Position numbers and translations under genes: made by a program. From the NCBI GenBank assembly GCA_046563655.1, contig CM102290.1, positions 930,001 through 994,000 of the forward strand: a stretch of DNA of 64,000 nucleotides. Reading direction: 5' to 3'. Shown here piece after piece: positions 25,941 to 39,900 of this stretch. The stretch is from Yuukianura sp. NJ FZ-2021. Lineage: Eukaryota. The notes below the pieces were generated by a model. It was not told where the DNA came from and did no database searches. It worked only from the letters and a program-made list of their open reading frames with translations. The stretch's first letter is position 1, and every line of letters starts with the position of its first letter.

Positions 25941-28447
25941 CCCATCATCAATTAATCTCTGCGACACTTGATTATTCCATTTCCCTAGTTTCCATCACCT
26001 ACTGCTCATCGTACACCCTCTGAGCCACCCTGTACTTTTCCTTCGACTCCACCTCCTATTCTAAGTCAAAGTGTACTGCGGTTACCTCAATGTTCGTATA
26101 CACAATGGGCACTACCAGTTTCATATCAGACTTAACTTTGGAATTAATCGTAGGAACAAGGGGGAGAGGGGGAAGGGATGGCTAAATCATTGTGATTATT
26201 AACACGAAAACAACAATTAAAGTCAAGAGTAAGTTAATTAATTGCAACTACACACTTTGCTTTACATCTGTTCAGATCATAATCTCTCCATCTTTAAGTG
26301 TCCATCATTAAGAAGTTGATGGACACTTTGTACATTAGTCACCAACACCTATGCCAACCATTGCTTTCGACAAAGAGGGAATCATGGAAAAATATGCCTC
26401 CAAAAACAATTAAAAACATTGTTGTAACTTCATATTTTCCGGTGGAAAGACGGTACTTGCGTCGTGTGATGCTTAAGACAGAGATGCTTGTTGGTGGTTA
26501 CCATAGCTATGGTCAGTCAAGTGGCAAATGAGGCAGTGTGTATTTCGTCATCTGAGCTTGGATGTGGCTCTGATTGTTGATGCTCGAGACAATGGTGGTG
26601 TAGTGCCAATTAGCAAGACAATGAATGGGTAAGTGGCCGTGTCTTTCTGCAATGCAGAGCACAAGTGCCCCATATCCAGTCCAGGGCAATAACCTTTCTC
26701 AGCACCAAATCCCATACTAAACCTTCTAGTCCACCTACCGAGGACAAACTAACCTCAAAATTAACAAACAACTTACCACAATTAATTATTCTTTCATCTA
26801 CAAATCATAACAACTCAAATCAACTTTTTTTTTGTTACTGATTTCCACAAAAATAACAATTTTCGCAAATGATTTCCGATCTTTTGTCAAAAACATCTTG
26901 CAAAACATGAGAATTTATTAACCTGTAAATAAAGCATTCCTTATTGCTCAAAACGAAAACGATTATTTTTGAAATTCTTGGTTCATATTTCTTTTTCAAA
27001 ATCTGAACCAAGATTTTCTGAAAAAAAATCCCTTTGATCTTCTGATATCTTGGTATTTACAAAAATGTGGCTTGTACTTTCTCTGTTGGAGATCAATTGA
27101 ATTTGGTTTGAGAGGAGAAGTTGATTTAATTGATGGATTAATTACAAGTATTGTGACTATGTGTGAGGAAGGAATATAGGGAAGTCATTCCGGTCCATAT
27201 CATTGTTCCGAGTACAGGTTTTGTTGTTTGTGTGTCTCGATTGAAACCGTGGGCTCGATTAAGATGTGTCTGTAAAACGAGGTTTGAGTAAGAGAAGAAG
27301 AAAGGCGCTTTCTCTTCCTCTATTAAAATGGATGGCGAAGGTCAACCAACCTGGTGGACTTGCCTTCATTCCAAACCAACACTCGTCATGCGTCTTCAGC
27401 AAACAAAGTGGACAATTACCTTAACATTTTTCAGTGTAAATTACAAATATAAATAGAGTGAAAAAAATTCAAAAAAAATACTGCAAAGTCAGTCTCATTT
27501 TTTACTGTTTGTAAGAATACCCGATGTTTCTATGACGTAGGTAAAGTTGACGTTAAAAATATTAGTTATGATAAATTTGACTTCAAAGTGACGCTAGGCG
27601 TGGGAATTGTTAATTTTGGGCCGTATTCCGGACATGGTGTACCCTTAAGAAATTTTCAAAGTGGAACAGAAGCGATGCAGTGTGAAGCTATTATGTTTTT
27701 GTTAAGGTTAGCATAATTGGGTCAAAAGATAGTGATCTTGTTTACAGTTGGGTGAGGACAAAGGGCCCTCAAGTACCCTCAAGATGACAAAAGAATCAAA
27801 GTCTCCGGTCCCTTCATAAACAAACTCATCCTTCTGTTCCGTTCAATTGCATTTTCTATACGCGATACACAAAGACTCTGTAGAGCAGTTACTACAAGTT
27901 CCGTTGGAACGGAAAGCCGTCCACGCTATAACCGTACACTACCCTTAGACTCTAAAAGAATACTATGATTTATATAACTTATTTATATAAATATGTTTTA
28001 AATTTTGAACTTATTTTGTATGTAGTAGGTATTAATCAACTTATTATGCTTAGATCTTGAAAATAGAAATGCTCTGTGCTATTTCCATTATTACTCGCAT
28101 CTTCCATGGTTCAAATGGAAAAGTGGATGGTAGTGGTGAAAGTGGAGAAAGCAGTGGCTGAGGGTATTCCTTTAGCCTTAAAATGGTTAAAATGATAAGT
28201 TAATGAAGATGTTAGGTTTATTAGGTGAGAAACTGTTGTAGAGAGGGTGTAATTTTTGACACTTGTTTGGTTTGGGTGGGGAGTACTACTACTTTAGTTA
28301 GAAGTGAATGTTGTTGATGGTAAGAGGCAGAATGAGTTGTTGTAATTTTGAAGGTGTTTGTTCGGTTGGATTGTTGAGACTTGCTATACCTGTATGATTG
28401 GTAACAAAGCGTTAGTGATTGTGTACATTTTTTCACACCAAGCCAAG

Positions 28448-28460
28448 GGGTCATTGACCC
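28448..28460. promoter_or_regulatory. Perfect IR1 EcR/USP element candidate
   Basis: GGGTCA-T-TGACCC, 2.1 kb upstream of the CYP18A1 start. Confidence 0.6.
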
Positions 28461-30257
28461 TTCATTTGGCTTCTGATGCACAAGTCCAGGGTGCCCGATT
28501 TGCCGACTGCCCTCCTTTACCAAGAGAGGTACTTCCACACCCACTTAATCAACACTTCAGATCCTCAATTACTAATCTGTCTCACATACAACTACCCTAT
28601 TACTTATCCAATTCACATTCAATTGCAGAATTCGGAATTACAAATTGCGTCTTAAACAAGTTTGACGAATCTAACCTAACTCAGCAAAACTTATATTGTT
28701 TGCATAAAAAGTATAGTTAGTCAAAGTGAAATTAAAGTTTTTACTCAAAAAACTAAAGTTAATAAAAAATTAATAACAAATTTTACTATTTTACTAAATG
28801 CTAATTTTACTAAAACCGAACCATTATTAGTGGACAACATGTGAAAAATGAGAAGAAAAGAAAGCAACTACAAATTCCGATGAAATCAAAGTTGTTGGCG
28901 AATTTCAGATTTTGAAATACCTTTCGTGTACTTTAAGAAACAATAAATTTATCAACACAATTTGTCAAAATATTAAAAAAAAGCGTGTCTCAAGTAGCAC
29001 AAAAATGATTTGAAGTAAACTGCATGCAACATCCTAGGTTACCTCTGTCCAATGCTTTCGGAATCATGTATAATTCAGTTTCAAAACCGACATTTTTCAA
29101 AATTACCGGGATATCATTTCTCCTGAAAATTCTCTTGTTTTTAGAAGTTCTTTGTTTGAAAGCTGTGATTGTATGTGAAGCAGCATCCTCTCCTCGTGTC
29201 CAGTTGAAAAGATGGTAAGAACAATTGGGCCTGATGGTAAGTGGCGGTCAACCACCGCACGCCGTCTGTTTACTGTAAGACAATTAGGTAACTCCTTGTT
29301 CTATTTCTGACTCTCGTTTTTTAAAACAGTGGTTAAGCTGCAGCAAAGGTGGACTGACCTAATAAACCCAAACAAGTTTTTTAAAAAGGTTTTTGTTCAA
29401 AATGGACGAAGGTAGCCCGTGCAGCTTAGAGCTAAGAATAGCTTACAGCCAAATGATGATTGATGACTGATGACCGCAGTAAGTGAATTTCAATAATTAA
29501 GTTCACAATTATCATGCCCTATTTTCAGGAGTGTAGGGCCCATTGTCAAAATCCGTAAAAAAAAAAGAGAGTTATTCCCTGACTGTTAGGAATCAAAATC
29601 ATGAAGCTGAAATTTCCAAATTTCAGAGATTGTAAATTGCTCGAAAAGAAACTAAGATTTTTATAGTGGAGCTCTCTGTGAATATCCATTATCAAACATT
29701 AAAGAATTTTAAAGAAAGAACATTAAACATTAAAGAATATTAAAGAAACAAAGTTTTTTAAGGTTTTTGTTAATTTAGAATCAAAAACTTGCTGTATTGT
29801 CACAATTATTGTGTTTGGAAGTCCAGAGGCAAAGACATAGAGTAAAATTGCCTGAAAAAATATTTTGTGTTGTGGTGCAATCATGTAATTGACACCTCTG
29901 CCAAAGTGATCAGTTTGACTACTGCTGTGGGAGGTCCTGTGATCATCACCTATTGTATCGATTAGTGTTATTTTGTCTAATTCTATTGCCATTCCCATTT
30001 GGAGCTGCCCGTTGTACCTGGCAAAGTACGTTTCTTCCAAGCTGAGCTGCAGAAGCCGAATGCACCCCTCTCTCCTGATTTTATTTTTTGAGTTTTGGGT
30101 ATTTCTGTGTGTATTGTTCCAGCCCCAGTGTCTTTTTTTTTTCAAATAGTTTGGTGTGGAGGGAAGATTTGACTTGGAGGATTGCTGAAATAGTAAGGAA
30201 CTGCCCCCCAAAAGCATGAGGGGGAGACTTGGGCTCTCGATTCAAGTAATTCCCTCC

Positions 30258-30264
30258 TATAAAA
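30258..30264 (+). promoter_or_regulatory. TATA box of CYP18A1 (putative)
   Basis: TATAAAA ~300 nt before the ATG, with Inr-like GCAGTAGT about 22-28 nt downstream. Confidence 0.55.
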
Positions 30265-30563
30265 GACATGGACGCTCCGCAGTAGTCCAAGTATTTCTAA
30301 TCCAACTCTGAGACCACTTTCAACTGACCATCTACCTCCAAGTGCCCTCTTAGGCTTTCTCCGAACCACTTTCTCCACCTTTCTCCAACGACCAATCACA
30401 GACTTCCAGCAACGACCAATCACAACCTCCAGTAGTCCAAACTTTTCAGCCGAATTCTACCCCTACACAAGCCACAACTTGTAGACTTTTTGAGCTGTTT
30501 TGGAACCAAGCTAAAAGTCTTTTTCATATTTGGGAAATTTTTCAGTACGAACTTTTCTCCAAA

Positions 30564-33500
30564 ATGGTTTTGGTGTCAGGTCTTCTCGGCTGGGTTCTGT
30601 CGTCTACTGATGTTTTCTGGACCCTCGTGTTCTTTACCGGTGTTTTAGTGACAATTCATATTGGACAAGTAATTCAAAAAGTGCGGGAACTTCCGCCTGG
30701 ACCATGGGGCCTCCCATTCCTTGGCTTCCTACCCTACTTAACCGGAATTCCACATGAGCAGTTTTACGAAATGAGTCGCAAGTATGGATCAGTGTTTTCG
30801 GCTCGACTGGGTTCCCAGCTCGTCGTCGTCCTTGCGGACTACAAGTCAATTCGAAATGCTTTTAGAAAAGAAAGCTTCTCTGCTCGTCCCGATAACGAAA
30901 TTACAGCTTTAATGGAAGGATTCGGTAAGTTATTTTCATTTTTCCAAAATGTTGATATCATTTTCAAAATTGGAGTGCTTTAGAACTGAAACGCATAAAG
31001 TCGAGGTCGAATTTACGTAACGTCGGTGCTATTGTTACAACAATTTAGTGCCGCCAAAATAGAATCATCCACCACAGCCTGTACTGATTAGAGTTAGTAT
31101 CTCTTCAATTTCATGTCCTTCTAACCCCGCAACGTGTTGACCATCAACATTAAAATTAGACATGGTCAGATAATATTTTCAAGTGGATAGCTTTCCAACC
31201 TTTTAATAGCTTCTATTTCACCTAACCCAAGCCAATTGGACAAATTTCCACAATTTTACAATCTGTTGTAGTTTGGAGTCACAAATTTAGTATTTTACGC
31301 TGATGCATTTCGAGTATTAGAAAAGTTGAGGTAAAAATCAGCGGGTTTTACAAAAAAATGAAATTTTTGACAAAAGTGGAAATGGTTGGCTTCTGTCCAG
31401 GAGAGCACGAGGTTTTAGCAGAGTCAATTCACAAAAGGAGTGAATAAGAAAGGAAGCTTCCTTCACCTACATTTGAAAAAGTGCGCGCAAAAAAAATTGA
31501 AGGAATGATGAGGAGAGGTCAGTGTTCTCTGGCTTGGAGATGCGAAGGACTTCAGAGAGCATTGAATACGCAATGCCCAATGTTTATAACTTTAAATGCA
31601 TCCACTTTTAATATGTTTAAATTTATTCCAAAAGTGATCTAATTTATGAATACTTTTTCTACTTATACGCATCCACCCACCATTAAGGAGATTTAATACG
31701 TTTGATACTCATGCGCTCCTTATAAATTTTTTATATTTTGTAGAGAGCCTTGTACTTTTCACCTTTTCATTTCCTTTATACCATAAATCAGTGACACAAA
31801 GGCTTGAAGGCACGGAAATGCTGTAACAACTAACAACTAAAAGTGGAGGCAACATTTGAGTCATCCAAAATTAACGTCTGCAGCATCGAGTGTCTCTTTT
31901 GATAACTTCAAAAAAATCAGAATTCAAAGCATTTCGAAATTATAATTTCAAGTTATCTTCGATTTTAATTAAGAATTACCGAATGCCAGGAATACTAGAA
32001 GAAGCAGGTCCTCTTTTCATTAGAAATTATTTAAAAAAAAAAACGTGATCATTCCAGGCTACTTTTCCATGAAATAATTTTTTTGGAATATGTTTTTTTG
32101 GAATTTTTATAACCTTTTGAAACTAATTTTTTGGAACATTTGAATGTTTGTGCGTTAGTGATGAGTTTTAGCTGAACTTTTGCTGTTTGACGGCATTGGG
32201 CAGATGGATAGGCTTGTTGCATCGGGAAGTGCATTTGAAAATTTCACACCTATACTAACCATGACATAATCCTTGGAGCTGCATTGGTGAAGTAGTCAGA
32301 GGGTTGTAGGTTGTGGGTTTGTAGTTCCAATGGACATAATTTATATTACATCTCTCCATTGTTCTAACCTGGCAAGGTCATTACCAGGTCGAAGCTCTGA
32401 CGCCTAATTGTGCTTGACCCATAGACTAGCCCTTCGCACAGGTCAACGCCCCATCTCCCTCTTAGGAACGTGTCTAAGGGCTCAGGAGCTACAAAAAAAC
32501 GAGGGCAAAGACCCTTGTTTTTTGTGGCATCTCGAGAGGAGCCCTTGGAAGGGCCTCCCTATTCTTCCACAGGCGTTTGGTTCAGTTGTGCTGGCATTTA
32601 ACGTGATGAATGATTGCACAGGGCGGTTGGACTTGAATCCCAAGCCATCTAAAGTTTCCTCGGCCTTCACCTTTTCCCTGTCCATTGTTGACTTGAACTC
32701 ATTAAGCATCTCCCCCTAGGATCTTCCCGCTGAGATTTGAATTTAGGATAAGACAAGACGAGACTTCCGAAGGAGTAGACAGACGCAAACCTGGAACTGG
32801 GGTCATCGAATCCCACACAGTTCATTCCCCTCTCCATTTGAAAGTAGGCGCGTTAGGCCACAACGACCAAAATTCCTCGGGAAGTTGTCTGCTCTCTCTG
32901 ATGCAACTTTGTAAAGCGCTCGAGAACCTTCCTAAGCCTTGTTTTTTTTTAAATGAAACATTCAACTTAAAAAAAAAACTTCAATGTTTTCAGGTGTAGT
33001 CAATGTGGATGGATCCATGTGGAAAGGCCAGAGACGCTTCTTACACGAACGTATGCGTCACTTTGGAATGAAACATGCTGGCCAGGGAAAGGAACAACTC
33101 GAAGCAAGAATCATGGTAAAGTAACAACACTTACCAAAAAAAATGGAGATGAAAGGGAATTACACTGAGGACTGAGGTGAAAGTAATCGGAGAAAGTAAT
33201 CGTACTGTTTGATTCCCTTTACAGACAGAAGTGGAGTCATTTCTTAAGAATTTGGCCAAAGACAAAGGAAAGCCAAGCAGTTTGAATCAAAATTTGACAC
33301 TGGCTATTGGAAATGTGATCTGCTCAATGCTTATGAGCGTACGCTTTACACCGAATGATCCTACTTTTAATCGATTCATGTACCTTATTGAAGAGGGATT
33401 CAAACTAGTTTGTGCCACGGGAGCAGCTAACTTCATTCCCTGCCTTCGAAATTTACCGCGTATCCAGGAGCTCAATGTCAAAATCCAATCGGTAAGCAGA

Positions 33501-34715
33501 ATTTTAATTTTTCTGGACCGTGTTTACAAATAAGTGAATTAAGAAACTAATTGTTTTGATTGTTCAAACTCAGAATTTGGGAGAAATGCGTGAATTTTGC
33601 AAAGAAATTGTTCAAAGTCACAAAGAAACTTTTGATTCGGAAAACATTCGGGACTTGGTAGATGCCTACTTGCATGAAATTGAACTGGCCAAACAGGCGG
33701 GTCGTATTGATCAATTGTTCGAAGGGAAGGATCCGGATCGTCAAATTTATCAAATCATTGGTGACCTGTACAGCGCAGGAACGGAAACGGTCAAAACTAC
33801 ACTCCAATGGTCCATCGTCTACATGCTCCATCATCCTGAAGTTATGAAGAGTGTCCAAGATGAACTTGACCAGGTAAGAATTTCTTGACATTTTCTAACT
33901 TCCAGGAAATCTTAAAATTTTTGCTAAAATTGTGTGATTACTTTTCAGGTTGTTGGAAGAAATAGGCTTCCAGCGCTCGATGACATGCAATATCTACCGT
34001 ACACTGAGGCGACAATTTTGGAAGTTTTGCGACGCTCTACTGTCGTCCCAATGGGAACTACACATGCCACTAACCAGTAAGAACTTACACAAATATGCTT
34101 CACTTTCGTTATAAAATAACTGAATTTTTAGTTCAAGTCGAGAAATTTTTTTTTTGGAAATGAAAAATTTTGTTTGGTTTTTTTAGAGACGTAATTCTGG
34201 AGGGCTTCACGATTCCAAAACATACTCAAGTGATTCCACTGATCCATGCTGTTCATATGGACCCAGAATTGTGGGACGAACCAGAAAAATTCAATCCGTA
34301 TCGGTTTCTTAATCCTGAAGGTTCAGTTACAAAACCGGAACACTTTATGCCATTTGGCGTCGGACGGCGCATGTGCCTCGGAGACGTTTTGGCTCGTATG
34401 GAGTTGTTCCTGTTCTTTTCTTCTTTGCTCCATGTTTACAACTTAGAACTTCCACTGGGTGAAAACTTGCCCAGCATGCAAGGGCAGACGACAGGCGTCA
34501 GCACTACGCCTGACCAATGCAAGGTATGCTTAAAACAAATTTTCAATCGGTTTTCACTTTTTTTTTCATCTGAGTTTAAAGATGTTTGAAATGAATTTCA
34601 AATTTTTGAAATTTGGTTTTAGGTTTGCGTGATTCCACGGCAGAGTGAACTTTTTGCCAGATTTGAAACCCTGGCTCCAGTCAATGACCATTTAGGCTCA
34701 AGGAATGTGGCCTAA
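30564..34715 (+). CDS. CYP18A1: Cytochrome P450 CYP18A1 (ecdysteroid 26-hydroxylase), 7 exons
   Basis: Exons ~30564-30925, 32994-33115, 33224-33491, 33573-33873, 33949-34076, 34187-34522, 34623-34715. Motifs PPGPWGLP, WKGQRR, DLYSAGTET, EVLR, PEHFMPFGVGRRMCLGDVLARMELFLFF; C-terminus RNVA. Adjacent to a CYP306-like gene. Confidence 0.93.
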
Positions 34716-36962
34716 ATGGGAAGCTCTGGCTCAAAATGCCCGCCACCGCGTCACTACAACTCGTGACGTCAGCCGTCACCACACCCACAACGTTGTTGTC
34801 AATATATTTATTTGTGACGTGGCACGCCTTACTGGACTGTCGACATGTCGCTCCGTGTCCTCTTTTCATCTGCTCCCTGTTTGTGTTCGATTCTCTAGTG
34901 ATTTGACACGCTTCATCAAATGGAATTTCCATTTCAATTTTTAAAATGGAAACTCTTCAAACCATCCGCTGGAGTATTTTTTATTTATGATACGGTGAAT
35001 GAATTACTCATTTTTGTTAGTTTTTAAACTGTAGTTTAGCCTTAGGCAGTTAGGTTTAGATTCTGAGATTGTTCATTGCCATGTCACAAGAGACTTGACA
35101 TTCCCTGTCCCTCAGCAGTACTTTTTGGAGAGTACTTGTGGTCTCCGAGCTCAGCTCAAGTACTTCCTTCAGTAGACCTTATCTTTTTCAAGTACTTTTT
35201 GTCACCTTGTGCCATAAACTGCGCAGTTGTTGTGTAACACGAGCATACTTCGTTCCAGCTCACCTCACGTATGCCCCGTTCAGTTATCAATAACTGGTTA
35301 GCTCTCGAAATACTTTTATCAGGCATAACCTTTGGAGATGAGTATCTTTTTAAACGTTCCCCTTCAACTTTCCCGCCAATTTTTTAAAAAGAAAATTTCA
35401 AAGTGCCAATAGCTAGTTAGCATATGATTCTGCTAAACGTCTCAAGAAGCAAAGCAACTGAGGATTGCTTAGCTTCCTAGTAACGTCATCGCTGAGGGAG
35501 GCGAAGAAAATGCTTCGATCTGAATTTTAAACGTTAAAAATTTGAAATTGGAACTTCGCGCCCAATTTCCGGCCATAATAAGGTTTTGAGTACAACAAAA
35601 TGTTGCGTTCAACTCCTCTGTTTTTATGAAAGTGGGTCCTAGTCAGTACCACTTCCTTATTCTAAACAATGTTATTTTACTCTCTCCTTCCCAAACAAAT
35701 ATTTTCAATTTGCAAGAGAAAGATCTGATTTGTATAATTGATTTGAAAGGAAAGCTCAAAGCTTAACCAACGTATATTTTGTTATTATTCATGTATAAAT
35801 TCTAGTCAGGAGGAGTAGATTAGTTAGTGTAGCTAACTGTAGTTTAATGAATTATTATTTAGTTTGTACATCTTGTTGTTGCGAATTTAAGTAAGAAAGG
35901 TTTTGAACAAAGAATTTTTCCTTCCTGAATGTTTAATAAACTTTTGAAAAAAGAAACTGCGTCTTCTACGACCATCCGAAATCTGGTTTTCATTTCATCC
36001 AAATCCAATCCGAATCAAAGAATGTTTTTAAATCCAAAGTAAACCTAATTTGAGCCAAGTTGATTTTGAACATTTTTGGTTTTTTCTAACCATTTGAGTT
36101 AATTTTTTTTATGCAACAAAAATCAGTCCTTTAAACTGACATTGTAATTTTAAGTGTCCAATTTTAATTTTAGTTTTTACTGATCTTTCATCACATGAGT
36201 GCTCAACGTTTACTGAAAATATTAACATTTATTGTTTTCAGAAGATTTGAATAAAAAAATATTTACAAACCAATTTCATTTAAAATAGTTGAAACCGGCA
36301 AACAACATCATCGATAAAAACGCTTTCAAAATATTTTCACATTTACTTTTACTAAACTTTCTGAATCAATACATAGTCTAGCCTTAAGTAGTACACTAAA
36401 AAATTAGGTAATATTTGAGGTAATATATATTTTCTAGCACTTATTTGATTAAAAACATTTTTTTCTTTCACTGTTTTCAAGATATTTTTCAAAGTTTAGA
36501 ATAAGCTTGTGAATGAAATTTCTGTTTCTGAAAAATCATAGAAAAAGTACCTTGATTACCACATTTTTAAAAAGTTTTTTTTACATGACGAATCTTAAAT
36601 TATCGAATTTCAGATGTACTTTACTCAAAAAAGGGCAAATGACCGTTGACCTGGAAGTTCTAACGTAAACTGTTGAGCATTTTGATTCACGCAGTATAGA
36701 GGGCGTATTTTGCGACAAATGGCAAACATATTTCTTACAGAGTATTTTACGGTACAGGGCATTTCTATTTTTTCAAAAATATGTTGTTGTTGTTTTTAAA
36801 CCTAAACTAAAATTACTTGTAAAAAAAATTAAGTATGGCTCGTATGGATTTTCTTAGTATCCTTGTTCATGTTTAGTAGTTGTGAGCAAACTTTAACGGA
36901 CATAAGTCTTCATTGTATCTGGCCCTCCAGACGCGGGAAGGTCAAGGTCTGGACAAAAGTGA

Positions 36963-39900
36963 TTACTGGAAGCGATTTTGCAGAAGAAGTTGAAATGGAT
37001 TTGGCACAAGTGTGGATCCAAGTTCCAAGTGCTCCTCTACGTCCAAAACGTAGTCCTGTGGAAACTGGATGTGAAATTGGTTCAAAGTATTGGCAAGGAA
37101 GAGGGAAGTGGTCGACCGACTCAGCGACTCCCCGAAAATTGCTTGGTTCCCTAAACAATTTTGGAAATTAGCTTTTTTTTTTTTATTGAAAATTTCAATT
37201 TCTGTGATGTTTGGTTACCGGTTTGAATGGGAATCAAATTTTCATTTCTAAATACACATCCATCTTCAAAGAGAAATCTTTCTGGGGAGAAAGTTTCCGG
37301 ATGTTCCCAGAGGCGGGAGTCGTGGTTGACAGCCCACAACAATGGAATCACCATTGTATCGCTTGGCACAGTGTAGTCTCCAATTTTGGTATGCTAGCAT
37401 TAAAATTTCAAAAGAATTAGAATTTTTAACTGATTTTGTTTTTGGAAAATTGAATTCCACAAAAATTGAAATTGTACTCTACAGGGTAAAATGTGGGAAC
37501 TGAAATTTAACAAAAACTGTGTAATGGTTCATGCCGCGTCGAATTATTTTTTTTTTTGGCCAGAATGCACATGAATGCAGGAATTTTCAAAAAAGTAGTA
37601 CAAGCACGTATCCCTATTGTTTGTTTTTTTTTTTCAAAAAGAGACAAGGTCAAGTGGATGAACCCGCTTCAAGTGGAAACAGACAATAGGTTCAAATGTT
37701 TCCTAGATGATTACACCCTGACCGTAGTCCAGTTTCTCACCTCTTTCACGGCGCGTGGCACACCGAAGGGCACGACTGTCCGATGTCGCCAAATCTCTAA
37801 AACCGTCGCTTCCGTGTATGGCAACTGCTTCAAATCTTCAATCTTCACTTCCCGCTTGGCTCCAACCACTTTCCGAACTTCTGCGGCCACATTTTCCTGA
37901 AAAAAAAAATGAAAACAATTCAAAGTTAGTAAGCAAAAAGAAAACTTTTTCTACACCAGGTTGTGCAATAACTCGAAGTTTTAAAATTTGTGTGAAAGTA
38001 ACAAATCTGCCTGTCTATTTTCGGTAATTTTTCCATTAATTTAAATGAGATAAGATTGGTGCTAAATTGGCGCTAAAAGTTATTTGAAGCAAGATTTTTG
38101 AAAATCTTGAGTTATTGGACAACCTGTTTTAGGAAATACTATTCGGTTGTCAAGGAACCGTGGAAACAATTTACTGAAGCCAAATTTTTCATGGTTATCT
38201 TAATTTACCTGAATCTCGGGATACAGAGCCATGTACAAATAAATCCATTGCAGCGTAGTCAGAATAATTTCCCATTCGCCAGTGATTATTTCGAGCAGAA
38301 CATCCTCTGTAGATTCACTTTCGACTTCACTGGCATCACTGTGCTGCGAACCAAACAATTTTTCAATTCTGAATTTTTATTTCAGGAAGATTTGAAATAC
38401 GGAAAAGTGTCTAACTTCGAAAATGGTCAAAATACAAAACAAATGGCAATTACACAGGCAGGGGTAGAAAATTTCCTTACTCAACCATTGTCATTGCAAA
38501 ATCCACGAAATTTGCGATTGGGTACATTTTGCAATGACAATAGGACCTGAGAGTAAGGAAATTTTGTAACCCCACTTTTACAATTGCAATTGTTTTGTAT
38601 TTTACCCATTTTCTAAGTGATACCTGCTCCAAATACGCGTCCAAGACAGACGCGGCAGAGTTAACTCCAGCGGCACTGAAATTTCGAATGCGACGCTCCA
38701 CGATGATTTTCAAAATGTCCTTAGATTTCTGTTTAGCAGCAATCAGGGACCGAATAGTTTTAGTATAGTTTGGAAGTTTCCTGAAATTAAGTTTTGAATG
38801 AATTAAGTTTTGGATTTTGAATTCCTATTAGTAGTATACCTTAGAATAGGGATGTAGTTCACAGCGTTTGTAACGCTAGCCACTTTCGAGGTTTCTTCAA
38901 AAGCTGATTCTAGAACGGACCAAGTTGAATTGTCTCCTTCGAAACGACTGCCCACCATAATCCCAGTAACAAGTTTGCCAACAGCAGTCCTCAGAGCAGG
39001 CGTAATATCGTGCTCGCTGGTCAATTGACTTCTGATATCCTGAAAAGTATTTAAGTCTAACAATTTGTGTTGATCTCTTGACCCACATGACTTTTCGAAG
39101 CATACTAGTACAGTAGTTTCTCCAACTTACGGCATTGTACAAAATACAAAACAATGGCAATTGTAATAAGCTGGGCTTAGAAAATTACATAAAGTGGAGG
39201 TCCAATTGTCATTGCAAAATGCTCCATTTGCCATTTCATGTTTTGTTTTGTCAGCTTACCGCCAAGCTAATGGTTCAAGTTTTGCATTTCTCAATTGCCA
39301 TTGTTTTGTATTTTATAAAATGCCGTTTGTACAATGCCTAAGTTGGAGAGGCTACTGTAATTTCAATTCATTAGGAGAAAATGTACCTGGAGAAAGTCAC
39401 GCAAACTGTGCTGAATTTGTGTCTCAGTTGTTTCAGCAATGGTTTGCCTCTCTGCTGCATTTTTCCAGCCCAAGGAAACAACCTTTTCCTGCTTCTGCTC
39501 CAAAGTATAAACTTCTGCAAATTGGAAACAATCAAAATTTTTAAAATCATAGCCTAACAGAACATTTTCCAGAGAATCCCCGATCTACGCTTCTCAATAT
39601 TTCCCTTTATTCATAATTTGTGATGATTCCCACCAAAATGGAGGTTAGGTGAGTCTGAGGTCAACCTGAATGGTGTAGTGTGTCAAGCAGATTCAGTGTT
39701 GAAACCTACACGATTGAGTACACGAGAAACGGCGGAAAATGTTTCTGCAATGTTTGAATTACATTGGGATTCAATGTTTCCTCACCTTAGGACCCACCTT
39801 ACATCCTTATGAAAACTAGAAATTCGTGTTTTTGACTCAAGACTAAAGTATACCGTCTGAATCGTTACTGGTGTACCGTTATGTTGCACACAATGAAATA

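Noticed and set aside
30387..30424. Duplicated AACGACCAATCACA as CCAAT boxes
   Set aside because: Lies downstream of the putative TATA box, in the likely 5' UTR; more simply a 24-bp tandem duplication.
36910..37158. ORF-track peptide MFREPSNF..LPCQ as the Cys-bearing last exon of the P450
   Set aside because: Wrong phase for the upstream exon. P450 homology (GESLSR, LFLA..L.QF, GSTLVP) lies in another frame.
39460..39514. LWSRSRK (WxxxR-like) in an alternative frame of phantom-like exon 2
   Set aside because: That frame is incompatible with both flanking splice phases. The in-phase frame aligns as LEQKQEK and needs no frameshift, though an old compensated shift cannot be excluded.
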